Assembly: GCA_019650355.1 (NCBI GenBank)
Contig: BOWX01000001.1
Location: forward strand, 128,234-192,233
Direction of reading: 5' to 3'
DNA length: 64,000 bases
Origin: Fidelibacterota bacterium
GTDB lineage: Bacteria; Fidelibacterota; Marinisomatia; Marinisomatales; Marinisomataceae
In this document: piece by piece, positions 31,149 to 42,595 of the stretch
How the letters are laid out: each line of letters starts with the position of its first letter
How positions within the stretch are numbered: the first letter of the stretch is position 1
Position numbers and translations under genes: made by a program
Notes under the pieces: model-generated
The model's input: only the letters and a program-made list of their open reading frames with translations
Told to the model about the DNA's origin: nothing
Database searches by the model: none

Positions 31149-32624
31149 ATGGAAAATAAGAGTTTAAAACAAATTATAGACAATCGACTTGAAAAGTTAA
31201 AAAAAATCCGTGAATTAGGAATAGAGCCTTATGCATACGACTATGATAGCTCTCATCACACATCAGAAATAAATGAAAAGTTAATTGATACTAAAGTTTC
31301 TTTAGCAGGAAGAGTCATGTCTCTTAGAAAAATGGGTAAAGCATCATTTGCTAATATTCAGGACCAAGAAGGACGTATTCAATTTTATATTGCAAGAGAC
31401 GACGTTGGTGAAGATAATTATAATTTATTTAAACTAACGGATATAGGTGATTTTGTTGGGATTGAGGGTAAGGTTTTTAAAACTAAAACAGATGCATTAA
31501 CTATTAAAGTTTCCCATCTAACAATTTTGTCTAAAAACATAAAGCCAATACCTGATGTTAAAGAAAAAGATGGAGAGAAATATAATTTAGTTTCAGATAA
31601 AGAGTTCAGATATAGAAAAAGGTTTCTTGATTTAATTATTAATCCTGAAACAAAAAACAATTACATAAAAAGATTTAAAATAATTAACTCTATAAGATCG
31701 TTTTTAAATGATCATGGATATATTGAGGTAGAAACACCTGTATTACAACCAATATACGGAGGAGCAAATGCAAAGCCATTTACAACACACCATAACGCAT
31801 TAGATCAAGATTTTTACCTTCGTATTGCAACAGAGTTATATTTAAAGCAATTAATTGTAGGTGGATTTGAAAAGGTTTATGAACTTTCTAAAGATTTTAG
31901 AAACGAAGGCATAGATAGGAGTCATAATCCTGAATTCACCATGCTAGAATTTTATCAAGCTTATTCTGATTATAATTTTATGATGGATTTTGTTGAACAA
32001 ATGTTTAAAAAAGTTGTTAAGGACCTTGATATGAAAAAAATATCATGGGATGGTCATAAAATTGATTTTAGCAAAAAGTTTGCACGAAAAACTATGGGAG
32101 AATTAATTAAGGATCACACTGGAAATGATATTGATATCTCTGATCATTCAGCCGTTTATAAAGTTTGTAAAGATTTAAAGCTTGAAGTTAGCAAAAAGGA
32201 TAGCTTAGCTACCTTAATAGATGAAATCATGAGAAGAAAAGTTGAACCAAATCTAATTCAACCAACATATGTAATCAATCATCCTGTCGAAATTTCTCCA
32301 TTAGCGAAAGTGAATAGGGATGGAGATAAAGATTTCACAGAAAGATTTGAATTATTTATTGCAGGAATGGAGTTTGCAAATGGTTTTTCAGAGTTAAATG
32401 ATCCAATTGATCAAAGAAAAAGATTTGAAGATCAATCAAGAAAGAAAGATGGTGGAGATGAAGAAGCATTTCCAATTGATGAAAACTTTCTTGAAGCGAT
32501 TGAGACTGGAATGCCTCCAACAGCAGGAGTAGGTATTGGAATTGATAGATTAGTTATGCTATTAATTGATACTCGATGGATAAGAGACGCCATAATTTTC
32601 CCTACATTAAAATCCCTTAAATGA
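31149..32624 (+). CDS. lysS: Lysyl-tRNA synthetase, class II
   Basis: 491 aa. OB anticodon-binding N-terminal domain and class II motifs ('FRNEGID', 'GIGIDRLVMLL'). Confidence 0.95.
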   Translation: MENKSLKQIIDNRLEKLKKIRELGIEPYAYDYDSSHHTSEINEKLIDTKVSLAGRVMSLRKMGKASFANIQDQEGRIQFYIARDDVGEDNYNLFKLTDIGDFVGIEGKVFKTKTDALTIKVSHLTILSKNIKPIPDVKEKDGEKYNLVSDKEFRYRKRFLDLIINPETKNNYIKRFKIINSIRSFLNDHGYIEVETPVLQPIYGGANAKPFTTHHNALDQDFYLRIATELYLKQLIVGGFEKVYELSKDFRNEGIDRSHNPEFTMLEFYQAYSDYNFMMDFVEQMFKKVVKDLDMKKISWDGHKIDFSKKFARKTMGELIKDHTGNDIDISDHSAVYKVCKDLKLEVSKKDSLATLIDEIMRRKVEPNLIQPTYVINHPVEISPLAKVNRDGDKDFTERFELFIAGMEFANGFSELNDPIDQRKRFEDQSRKKDGGDEEAFPIDENFLEAIETGMPPTAGVGIGIDRLVMLLIDTRWIRDAIIFPTLKSLK

Positions 32625-33769
32625 AGCTCGTATTATTTTTAATTAAAAAATTATTTATTTCAAAAAATAGTAGTTTAGTTTTTCGCCTTACAAACCTTGT
32701 TACCATAATTAGTCTTTCATTGGGAGTTGCATCATTAAACATTGTTATGAGTTCTATTGATGGTTTCGAATCTGAAATTTCAAAAAAATTATCAAATTTG
32801 AATGGATATAGTTCAATTAATCATTTATTTGAAGATGAAATCATTGAAAATGAATTTGATCAACCATTCATATCAGATAAAGTACCTTATTTAGAAAAGA
32901 TAGCATTATTAAAATCAAAAAGTGATTCCCAGAGCATTATTATAAATGCATATCCAATTAACGATTTTAATAAAATTAGACTATTCAAATCATTTGATAC
33001 TAATAAAATAAAAAATGAATCAATTGTTATTGGAAAAAGATTAGCAGAAAATCTTAACCTTAAACTTGGAGATCAGGTAGTTATTTTCAATCCAAAAAAG
33101 CTTGAAAATTTTTCTAACCAAAATAGATATGACTTCTTTACTGTAGCACATATTTATAATGCTGGCATTCCTGAATATGAAGAGAGAAATATTTTTACTT
33201 CTTTAGAAAATCTTCAAAAGTATTATGGCATTGAAAATTATATTTCAGGGTGGGTAAGTATTGACCCAAATGATGACATTATAGATTATCCATTTTATCA
33301 AATGACTATATACGATAAGTATTCGAGTCTTTTTGAATGGATTAATACTCAAAAATGGCCAATTTTATTTATTTTTAGTTTAATTGCAGTAGTTTCATTT
33401 TTTGGGCTTTTAAGTTCTTTGAGTATTTTATTTGATGAAAAGAAAATGGATTTCACAATTCTTAAGATCTATGGATTATCTCACAAATCAATTTCAAAGA
33501 TATTTATTTTTCAATCAATGATTCTTGCATCGATTGGATCAACAATTGGTATATTATTTTCCTATGTTCTTATTCAATTGCAGAATGAATTTAAATTAAT
33601 AAGCATTGAACAGAATATTTATTTTGTTGATTACCTTCCTATGGAGTTTAATTTTAGTAACTCACTTTTAATTATCATCATAAGTGTAATATTAAGTTTT
33701 ATTATATCCGCTTCATCTGTAAAAAGATTTGCTTACTTTAGTCCAATGAATGTGTTGAGGACTAAATGA
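32621..33769 (+). CDS. LolC/E-family (FtsX-like) ABC transporter permease
   Basis: 382 aa. One TM helix, a large periplasmic loop and three C-terminal TM helices. Followed by a paralogue and a LolD-like ATPase. Confidence 0.7.
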   Translation: MKLVLFLIKKLFISKNSSLVFRLTNLVTIISLSLGVASLNIVMSSIDGFESEISKKLSNLNGYSSINHLFEDEIIENEFDQPFISDKVPYLEKIALLKSKSDSQSIIINAYPINDFNKIRLFKSFDTNKIKNESIVIGKRLAENLNLKLGDQVVIFNPKKLENFSNQNRYDFFTVAHIYNAGIPEYEERNIFTSLENLQKYYGIENYISGWVSIDPNDDIIDYPFYQMTIYDKYSSLFEWINTQKWPILFIFSLIAVVSFFGLLSSLSILFDEKKMDFTILKIYGLSHKSISKIFIFQSMILASIGSTIGILFSYVLIQLQNEFKLISIEQNIYFVDYLPMEFNFSNSLLIIIISVILSFIISASSVKRFAYFSPMNVLRTK

Positions 33770-34896
33770 AAATTTATTTATTAATTGCTAAAAGATTTTT
33801 ATTTCCAAGAAATGATTTTCGTTATAATACAATTAATTTTATATCATTTATAGGTCTTTTCATTGGCGCTGCTGCAATAGTGTTATCTGTTTCTGTACTT
33901 AATGGTTTTCAAGGAATTTTACAAACTGAAGCTAAAAAAATTTATGGTGATTATTTGGTTGAAGATATAAGCAATACTAGTTTTTTAAGAGATTTAAATA
34001 TGGATAATGAAAATTATTCAATTTTCCAGGAAAATGAATTTCTAATTGTATCTAATAAAAAACAGAACCTAATTAAATTTAAATCTGTATCTAATGAATC
34101 TTTGAATGATTTTTACGAACTTGATCTGCAAAATAATTTCAAGGCATTATCCAATAAAGATGTGATAATTGGTAATTTGCTTGCAAATCGACTGAACGTT
34201 GACATTGGAGATAGCATTCAAATAATATCTAAAGATTTTAAACTTAATTCCTATAGTCTTCCAGATATTTATGAGTTCAGAGTTGCAAATATTTTTTCAA
34301 ATAGAATTTTAAGAGCTAATGATTTTCTAGTATTTGGTGTGAATAAAGAAATCTTCAAAAAAGCGAGTTTTTCTGCAGAGATTAATGGAGATATTGGAAA
34401 CATGAAAGATTCATCAATAACATTCTTATCTTGGAAAGATAGAAATCGTCAGCTTTTTGAAGCAACTGAAATAGAGAAGAAAATAACTTTTTTTACTTTA
34501 TTATTAATTGTTTTAATTGCATCATTTAATCTATCCTCATCAATCATGCAGATTTCATCAAAAAAGATAAGGGATCTAGCAATTTTTTCATCTATTGGTA
34601 TGAAAAAAAATGATATTAAAAAAATATTTATCATTTACAGTTATTTAATTGGTCTTTCTGCATTATGTGGAGGCATTCTTTTTGCTTTATTAGTAATTTT
34701 ACTACAAAATAAATTATCCTTAATAAAATTATCTCCTGAGTTTTATTTAGTTGATACTTTACCAATGCAGATATTTATTTTTGATATTGCACTACTTTTA
34801 TTGGGTTCAGTCTTTTTAATAGGGATTTTTACAAATATTCCTTTGAGATTCATAAATAGTTTGAGTCCTGTAAAAATAATTAATAAACAATTATGA
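33766..34896 (+). CDS. LolC/E-family (FtsX-like) ABC transporter permease, second copy
   Basis: 376 aa with the same topology. Overlaps both neighbours by 4 nt. Confidence 0.7.
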   Translation: MKIYLLIAKRFLFPRNDFRYNTINFISFIGLFIGAAAIVLSVSVLNGFQGILQTEAKKIYGDYLVEDISNTSFLRDLNMDNENYSIFQENEFLIVSNKKQNLIKFKSVSNESLNDFYELDLQNNFKALSNKDVIIGNLLANRLNVDIGDSIQIISKDFKLNSYSLPDIYEFRVANIFSNRILRANDFLVFGVNKEIFKKASFSAEINGDIGNMKDSSITFLSWKDRNRQLFEATEIEKKITFFTLLLIVLIASFNLSSSIMQISSKKIRDLAIFSSIGMKKNDIKKIFIIYSYLIGLSALCGGILFALLVILLQNKLSLIKLSPEFYLVDTLPMQIFIFDIALLLLGSVFLIGIFTNIPLRFINSLSPVKIINKQL

Positions 34897-35555
34897 TAGT
34901 TGATATAAAAAAACTAACAAAAACTTTTTCAGATGGAAGTAGAAAGCTTCACGTTTTAAAAGATATTAATCTTCAAATAGATAAAGGAAGCATCATAACA
35001 ATAAAAGGCCCTTCAGGTTCTGGAAAATCAACATTATTAAGTATTATTGGAACCTTAGACAATGCTGATAGTGGAGAACTTTTAATCAATGGAATTAGTA
35101 TTCAGGACAACACCAATATTGATAAGCTAAGAAATAAGAGTATAGGTTTTATATTCCAATTTCATAATCTAATTTCAGAACTAACATTAGAAGAGAATGT
35201 CAGTCTTCCAAAAATGATAGCCAAAGAACAATGGGATAAAGATGAGTTAATTGAGCTTTTTGAGTACTTCGATCTAAAAGATAGAATGAATTCATTCCCA
35301 AATGATTTGTCAGGTGGTGAAAAGCAAAGGGTGGCAGTGATGCGAGCTGTTATTAATAATCCATCAATTATTATTGCAGATGAACCAACAGGAAATCTTG
35401 ATAAGGAGAATGCATTAAAAATGATGTCACTTTTTCAAAAATTGAATACTGAAAAAAAACTCACAATAATTATCGCAACGCATGATGAGGATGTTTTTAA
35501 TATCGGTCACAAAAAATATCAATTAGTTGACGGTTCTCTTAAGTTAATCCATTAG
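34893..35555 (+). CDS. lolD: LolD-like ABC transporter ATP-binding protein
   Basis: Walker A 'GPSGSGKST', signature 'LSGGEKQRVAVMRA', Walker B 'IIADEPTGNLD'. Confidence 0.8.
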   Translation: MIVDIKKLTKTFSDGSRKLHVLKDINLQIDKGSIITIKGPSGSGKSTLLSIIGTLDNADSGELLINGISIQDNTNIDKLRNKSIGFIFQFHNLISELTLEENVSLPKMIAKEQWDKDELIELFEYFDLKDRMNSFPNDLSGGEKQRVAVMRAVINNPSIIIADEPTGNLDKENALKMMSLFQKLNTEKKLTIIIATHDEDVFNIGHKKYQLVDGSLKLIH

Positions 35556-35593
35556 TATGACTTAATGGCATATAATTTGTCAATTATGTCATA
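35556..35593 (+). promoter_or_regulatory. Imperfect 11-bp inverted repeat bracketing a TATAAT box upstream of dnaK (candidate operator or hairpin)
   Basis: TATGACtTAAT (35556-35566) and ATTAtGTCATA (35583-35593) match at 10 of 11 positions. The 16-nt spacer contains TATAAT (35571-35576). Confidence 0.25.
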
Positions 35594-35634
35594 AATTATT
35601 CTCTGGCATCATCTTTGCAACTATAAAGGCATAA

Positions 35635-37557
<1,923 letters not shown>

Positions 37558-37600
37558 TTTTAGATTTTTTATTAATCTATAATTACTTAGTTTTTCAACT

Positions 37601-38798
37601 ATGAATAGCACTGTTTTAAAAATACTAAAAACGATTGCTAGTGTTTCTGTTGCATTTATTCAGTTTCACTATCATTGTTATAATAGCTTTTTATTTTTAT
37701 CTATCAGAGGTGTTGAGTTCAATTTAAATAAATCAAATCAAACCTTAAGTAGTTTGACAAATAGGTTTGAACTAGACTTCAGTAAGAGTTCGTCAATCTA
37801 TTTCAAGGCAAGAGAAGAAAATATTGATACCTATATTACTCTTGAGAATGTCATTATTAAAAGATCTGGAAAAATTTTAATTAATTCAGAAAATATCACT
37901 TTAAATACCACTTTAGACTTTACTAAAACACTACAATTTGTATTTGAAATTATTTTAAATAACAATACAGACTTGAATTTGATCAATCCAGTAAGCATCA
38001 AGTTAAAAAATCCAACTTTAGATTTGGCAAGTATTGAAAATCAAGATGCAGAAATAAATAAAAGTGAAAGATATTTTCCGGTAACGATAAAGGCTGAAAA
38101 TGGAAATTTAATTGATGGTAATATTGAAATTGGTCAGTTTGATTTTTTTCTAAATGTTAATCAGTACTCTCAAAATTCTTCATTAGAAAAGTATAAGTTT
38201 CGCTTAAAGTCATCTCAAAATTTTCCTGTTAGTTATATTGCTCAATTTTTCAAGATGTTGAAAGCATTGGAGATAAAAAGGAACATATCTTTTGATTTAA
38301 CGCTTAGAAGATGAATATGCAAGCAATGATGATATTTCTCAAAAGCTTAATGGTGTAATACAGATTAGAAATACAACAATGAGATTAAAAACATTTCCTG
38401 TTCAGTTAAAGCCTGAGCCAATAAGAAGATTAAATTTAGATTTAAACATAAATGATAATGTTGGTCAAGCTAACTTAGTTGGAACATTGTATAATCCTAA
38501 AAAAAGTTTAGGTCTGCAAACAGAACCTAATCTTCAAATAGGAGGTACTTTAAATTTTGAGGAAATTCTGAAACCTGAACTTAATTTAATCGTTAATGGT
38601 TATGATATATATTTTGCTAAACTTGAAAATTTAAATTTAAATGGGGTTACTGACTTAACAGTCTCAATAATTGGTAAAAATGTATTAGATTTACAAGGTT
38701 CTTTAAAAATTAAAAAAAGTAATGGGTTCTTAGTTCCATTAGCAGATACAGAATTTGAGACTAAACATAGAATAAGAAATATTGATGAAGAAAAATGA
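37601..38798 (+). CDS. Hypothetical protein, possibly an AsmA/TamB-like envelope protein. At least 1 frame break (38301-38311).
   Basis: ORFs 37601-38314 and 38379-38798 join through the frame reading RLEDEYASNDDISQKLNGVIQIRNTTMRLK. The protein is Asn/Leu-rich with beta-strand-like repeats. Its stop overlaps the moxR start. The family assignment is weak. Confidence 0.3.
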
Positions 38799-39777
38799 AT
38801 TAGATAGACTGAACTCAAAAATCCAACAAAAATCCACTTTTGTTGAATCTTTAAGAGAAAGCATTTCTGAGGTCATTGTTGGACAAAATGATCTAATTGA
38901 TAAAATTCTTATTTCAATCATATCTAATGGTCATATACTTTTAGAAGGAGTCCCTGGACTTGCTAAAACTTTAACAATTAACACTGTAGCTAATTTAATT
39001 AATGCAGAATTTAAGAGAATACAGTTCACTCCAGATATGTTACCTTCAGATTTATTAGGTACTCTGATTTATAATCAAAAAACCGGCGAGTTTAATACCA
39101 AAAAAGGTCCAATTTTTTCTAATATAATTTTAGCAGATGAAATTAATCGTGCTCCTTCAAAAGTACAAAGTGCATTGTTGGAATCAATGCAGGAAAAGCA
39201 AGTTACTATTGGTGACGATACTTTTAAACTAGCAAAACCTTTTTTAGTTTTAGCCACTCAGAATCCAATTGAACAAGAAGGTACTTATCCACTTCCTGAA
39301 GCTCAGGTTGATAGATTTATGATGAAGGTGATTGTTGATTATCCTTCAATAGATGAAGAAAAAGAGATTATTAATAAAGCTAACACTCAAAATGATAAAA
39401 AAATTAAATCAGTAGTTAAAGCAAAAACAATTCTTGAAGCTCAAAATCTTGTAAATGATATATATATTGATTCTAAAATTTCAGAATATATTTTGAATAT
39501 AGTCTTTGCTACTAGGGATCCTAAACAGTTTAATTTATCAAAATTAGTGGATTTAATTTCTTTTGGTGCATCTCCAAGAGCTTCAATTAATTTAGTTTTA
39601 GCTTCAAAAGCCAAAGCATTTATTGATGGAAGAGGATATGTTATACCTGAAGACGTAAAATATGTCGCAAAGGATATTTTAAGACATAGAATTTTACTTT
39701 CATATGAGGCTGAGGCAGAAGAAATCACTTCTGAAGATATAGTTGATCAATTGCTTCAAGAAGTACCAGTACCTTAG
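38782..39777 (+). CDS. moxR: MoxR-family AAA+ ATPase
   Basis: 331 aa. Walker A 'GVPGLAKT', Walker B 'ILADEINRA', 'ATQNPIEQEGTYPLPEAQVDRF'. Confidence 0.85.
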   Translation: MMKKNELDRLNSKIQQKSTFVESLRESISEVIVGQNDLIDKILISIISNGHILLEGVPGLAKTLTINTVANLINAEFKRIQFTPDMLPSDLLGTLIYNQKTGEFNTKKGPIFSNIILADEINRAPSKVQSALLESMQEKQVTIGDDTFKLAKPFLVLATQNPIEQEGTYPLPEAQVDRFMMKVIVDYPSIDEEKEIINKANTQNDKKIKSVVKAKTILEAQNLVNDIYIDSKISEYILNIVFATRDPKQFNLSKLVDLISFGASPRASINLVLASKAKAFIDGRGYVIPEDVKYVAKDILRHRILLSYEAEAEEITSEDIVDQLLQEVPVP

Positions 39778-39784
39778 TTTTGTA

Positions 39785-40663
39785 ATGTCAAAAGAAATAC
39801 TTAAAAAAGTTCGTCAAATTGAAATAAGAACAAAAAATATTGTAAATGATTTCTTTGGCGGTGATTATCACTCAAATTTTAAAGGAAGAGGTATGACTTT
39901 TTCTGAAGTGAGAGAATATGTTCCAGGTGATGATGTAAGATCAATTGATTGGAATGTAACTGCAAGAACTGGAAAGCCTCACATTAAAATTTTTGAAGAA
40001 GAACGAGAGTTGTCCGTTTTAATTCTTATAGACGTAAGCAGTTCCGGTGTTTTTGGTTCAAAAAAGGATTTAAAAATTGATTTAGGTGTAGAGATTGCAG
40101 CTATGTTAAGTTTTTCGGCAATAAAAAATAATGACAAGGTTGGACTTGCCTTATTTAGCGATAAAATTGAAAAATATATTCCACCAAAAAAAGGCAAGAA
40201 ACATGTTCTCAGACTTATAACAGATATTGTAAATCATGATTTTGAAAATAGCAACAAGCGTACATCGATAAAGACTGCAATTGATTTTGCAAATAAAATA
40301 TCTAAAAGAAAGAGTGTCATTTTTCTTATTTCAGATTTTATTGATGATAACTTTTGGAATGAGTTAAAATTTTTAAACTTTAAGCATGATGTTGTTGGAT
40401 TACAGATTTATGATACATATGAGCGTAATTTCCCTAACGTTGGCTTAATAAATATTCACGATTCTGAGACTGGTGAAAATACATGGATTGATACAACCAG
40501 TAAAAAAAATAGAGATAAATTTCAAAAAAATTCAGTTGAGAAACTTGATAAATTTTCTATGAAATGTAAGAATATTGGTTTTGATTTACTTCAGATAAAT
40601 ACTGATGATGATTATATAAAATTTCTCATGCAATTTTTTAGATCACGAGCAAAAAGAAGCTAA
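39785..40663 (+). CDS. DUF58 (vWA-like) protein, MoxR partner
   Basis: The start is MSKEILKKVRQIEIRTK. 'GDYHSNFKGRGMTFSEVREYVPGDDVRSIDWNVTAR' is the hallmark DUF58 block. Confidence 0.75.
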   Translation: MSKEILKKVRQIEIRTKNIVNDFFGGDYHSNFKGRGMTFSEVREYVPGDDVRSIDWNVTARTGKPHIKIFEEERELSVLILIDVSSSGVFGSKKDLKIDLGVEIAAMLSFSAIKNNDKVGLALFSDKIEKYIPPKKGKKHVLRLITDIVNHDFENSNKRTSIKTAIDFANKISKRKSVIFLISDFIDDNFWNELKFLNFKHDVVGLQIYDTYERNFPNVGLINIHDSETGENTWIDTTSKKNRDKFQKNSVEKLDKFSMKCKNIGFDLLQINTDDDYIKFLMQFFRSRAKRS

Positions 40664-41526
40664 TGAAGATTTATATCCTAATTTTTTTGATATTTTTATC
40701 TGCTTGTAATACTGATTTAAAAAATCCAAATATATCTTTTGAGACAATTCCTGAAAAAGCACAAATTGGTTTTCCGATAAATCACAAGGTAGTAATTAAC
40801 GACTTAGGAGAATTATTTACATTAGACTCTGTAGCGTGGGAAGATTCATCAGCTTGGTTATCAGATTCTTCAAAAGTATTTATTAAAGAATCAAATATTG
40901 ATACTTTAAAAAATTCAATTTTACTGAATTATCAAATTACGTTCTGGGATACCGGTTCAGTGGCTATACCCCCATTATATGCTTTTGTAAGTTTTCCCGA
41001 TTCTTCAGAAGCTTCTATCTTAAAGACAGATTCATCGTTTGTTTACATATCATCAGTTTTAGATACTACAATGACAACTGTTATAGCTGATAAGCCTTTG
41101 AAAGAGATTCAATTTCCAATTGAAAGGTTGAGACTTTTTGCATTTTTGATTTTATCATTATTAATCTTGTATACTTTTTATTTGATAAGAACTAGAGATA
41201 AAGAAAAAATTTCCAAAAGAAAGTTTTTTAATTTTAATCCAAAATCAAAAGCATTAAAAGATGTTGAAAAAATTGACTTGAATACCGATGCTACTGAATT
41301 TTTTGTTAAAATTTCTGAAGTTTTGAGAAAATATTTTCAAAATAATTTTTATATCATATCATTTGAAATGACTTCAGCAGAACTTAAAGAATTTTTTAAA
41401 GATAAAGATTTAAACTATTTGTTGGATGAAATTGATCAAGTAAAGTTTGCTAAAAAAAACCCAAATAAAAGTGAAAAAGAAGATATTTTACAATTATTAA
41501 AAAAAGTTATAAGAAAACTTCTATAA
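40663..41526 (+). CDS. Lipoprotein/membrane protein, BatD-like N-terminal region plus DUF4381-like C-terminal region
   Basis: Lipobox 'FLSAC', an internal TM helix 'LRLFAFLILSLLILYTFYLI', and a C-terminal 'LRKYFQNNF...MTSAELKEFF...DQVKFAKK' pattern typical of DUF4381 in Bat/MoxR operons. Confidence 0.4.
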   Translation: MKIYILIFLIFLSACNTDLKNPNISFETIPEKAQIGFPINHKVVINDLGELFTLDSVAWEDSSAWLSDSSKVFIKESNIDTLKNSILLNYQITFWDTGSVAIPPLYAFVSFPDSSEASILKTDSSFVYISSVLDTTMTTVIADKPLKEIQFPIERLRLFAFLILSLLILYTFYLIRTRDKEKISKRKFFNFNPKSKALKDVEKIDLNTDATEFFVKISEVLRKYFQNNFYIISFEMTSAELKEFFKDKDLNYLLDEIDQVKFAKKNPNKSEKEDILQLLKKVIRKLL

Positions 41527-41553
41527 AGCAATTAATTCATTTAATTTACAAAC

Positions 41554-42117
41554 ATGAGTACAACAGCTGATATTAGAAATGGAGCAGTAATCAATTTTAA
41601 AAATGCTCGAATGAAAATTGTAGAATTCCAACATGTAAAACCTGGCAAAGGGCCAGCATTTGTAAGAACCAAGCTTAAAGATATTCAATCTGGAAAAATT
41701 ATTGATCACACTTTTAATTCAGGAGCTAAAATTGAATTTATTAGAGTTACATCTAGAAAATTTCAGTACTTGTATAAGGATGGAGATAGTTTCATTTTTA
41801 TGGATAATAATACTTATGATCAGGTTCAAGTTGATAAGCTGCTAATGGATAATAGTTATTTCTATATTAAAGAAGGTGATAATATTGAAATTTCTTTTGA
41901 TGGTGATGAAATTATTAGTTTACTCTTACCCGCAAAAACAGTACTTAAAGTAACACAAACTGATCCAGGACATAAAGGAAATACCGCAACTAATGCGTTA
42001 AAGCCAGCTATTTTAGAAACTGGTCTTGAGGTTCAAGTTCCATTGTTCATAAATGAAGGTGACTTAGTAAAAATTGATACTAAAGATGGTTCTTATTCTG
42101 AAAGAGTAAAAGAATAG
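41554..42117 (+). CDS. efp: Elongation factor P
   Basis: 187 aa. The sequence includes 'KPGKGPAFVRTKLK', with the conserved modified Lys. Confidence 0.95.
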   Translation: MSTTADIRNGAVINFKNARMKIVEFQHVKPGKGPAFVRTKLKDIQSGKIIDHTFNSGAKIEFIRVTSRKFQYLYKDGDSFIFMDNNTYDQVQVDKLLMDNSYFYIKEGDNIEISFDGDEIISLLLPAKTVLKVTQTDPGHKGNTATNALKPAILETGLEVQVPLFINEGDLVKIDTKDGSYSERVKE

Positions 42118-42121
42118 TTAA

Positions 42122-42593
42122 ATGTGGAAAGATAAGATAAAAGAAATTATTTACATGCTTGAAAATAGTGATGTAAATGAAATTGAAGTAAGATTTTGGT
42201 TCAAAAAAATTAAGGTAACCAAAAAGCCTCCTGTTTTAAATGTTGATTCAACTCAATTATCATCTGAAAATCAAAATATTCCAAATTTAGTTAAAGAACA
42301 GCCTGACAATCAAAGATTCAGAGGCTTCTAACGACATACCTGAAACAAAACTAGTCGAAATAAAATCTCCAATGCCAGGAACATTTTATTCAGCACCAGA
42401 TCCTGAATCAGCATCATTTGTTAATATTGGTGATAATGTAAATGCTGGAGATACCATTTGTATTGTTGAAGCTATGAAGATTATGAATGAAATTCAGGTT
42501 GAAGAATCTGGTGTTATTGAAGAAATTTTAGTTGATAATTCAAGTCCTGTTGAATTTGATCAGGTATTATTTAAATTAAAACCATCTAAATAA
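42122..42593 (+). CDS. accB: Biotin carboxyl carrier protein AccB, frame broken near 42312
   Basis: The N-terminal ORF 42122-42331 joins a shifted frame reading [25 protein letters not shown]. The biotinyl motif 'EAMKIMNEI' is present. It lies upstream of accC. Confidence 0.85.
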
Positions 42594-42595
42594 TC

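Noticed and set aside
37601-37700. Additional frameshifts at the 5' end of the AsmA-like ORF that would create a cleaner TM helix (alternative frame LFSFTIIVIIAFYFYLS)
   Set aside because: This would need two compensating indels within about 70 nt. The in-frame sequence is already moderately hydrophobic, so the evidence is too weak to assert.
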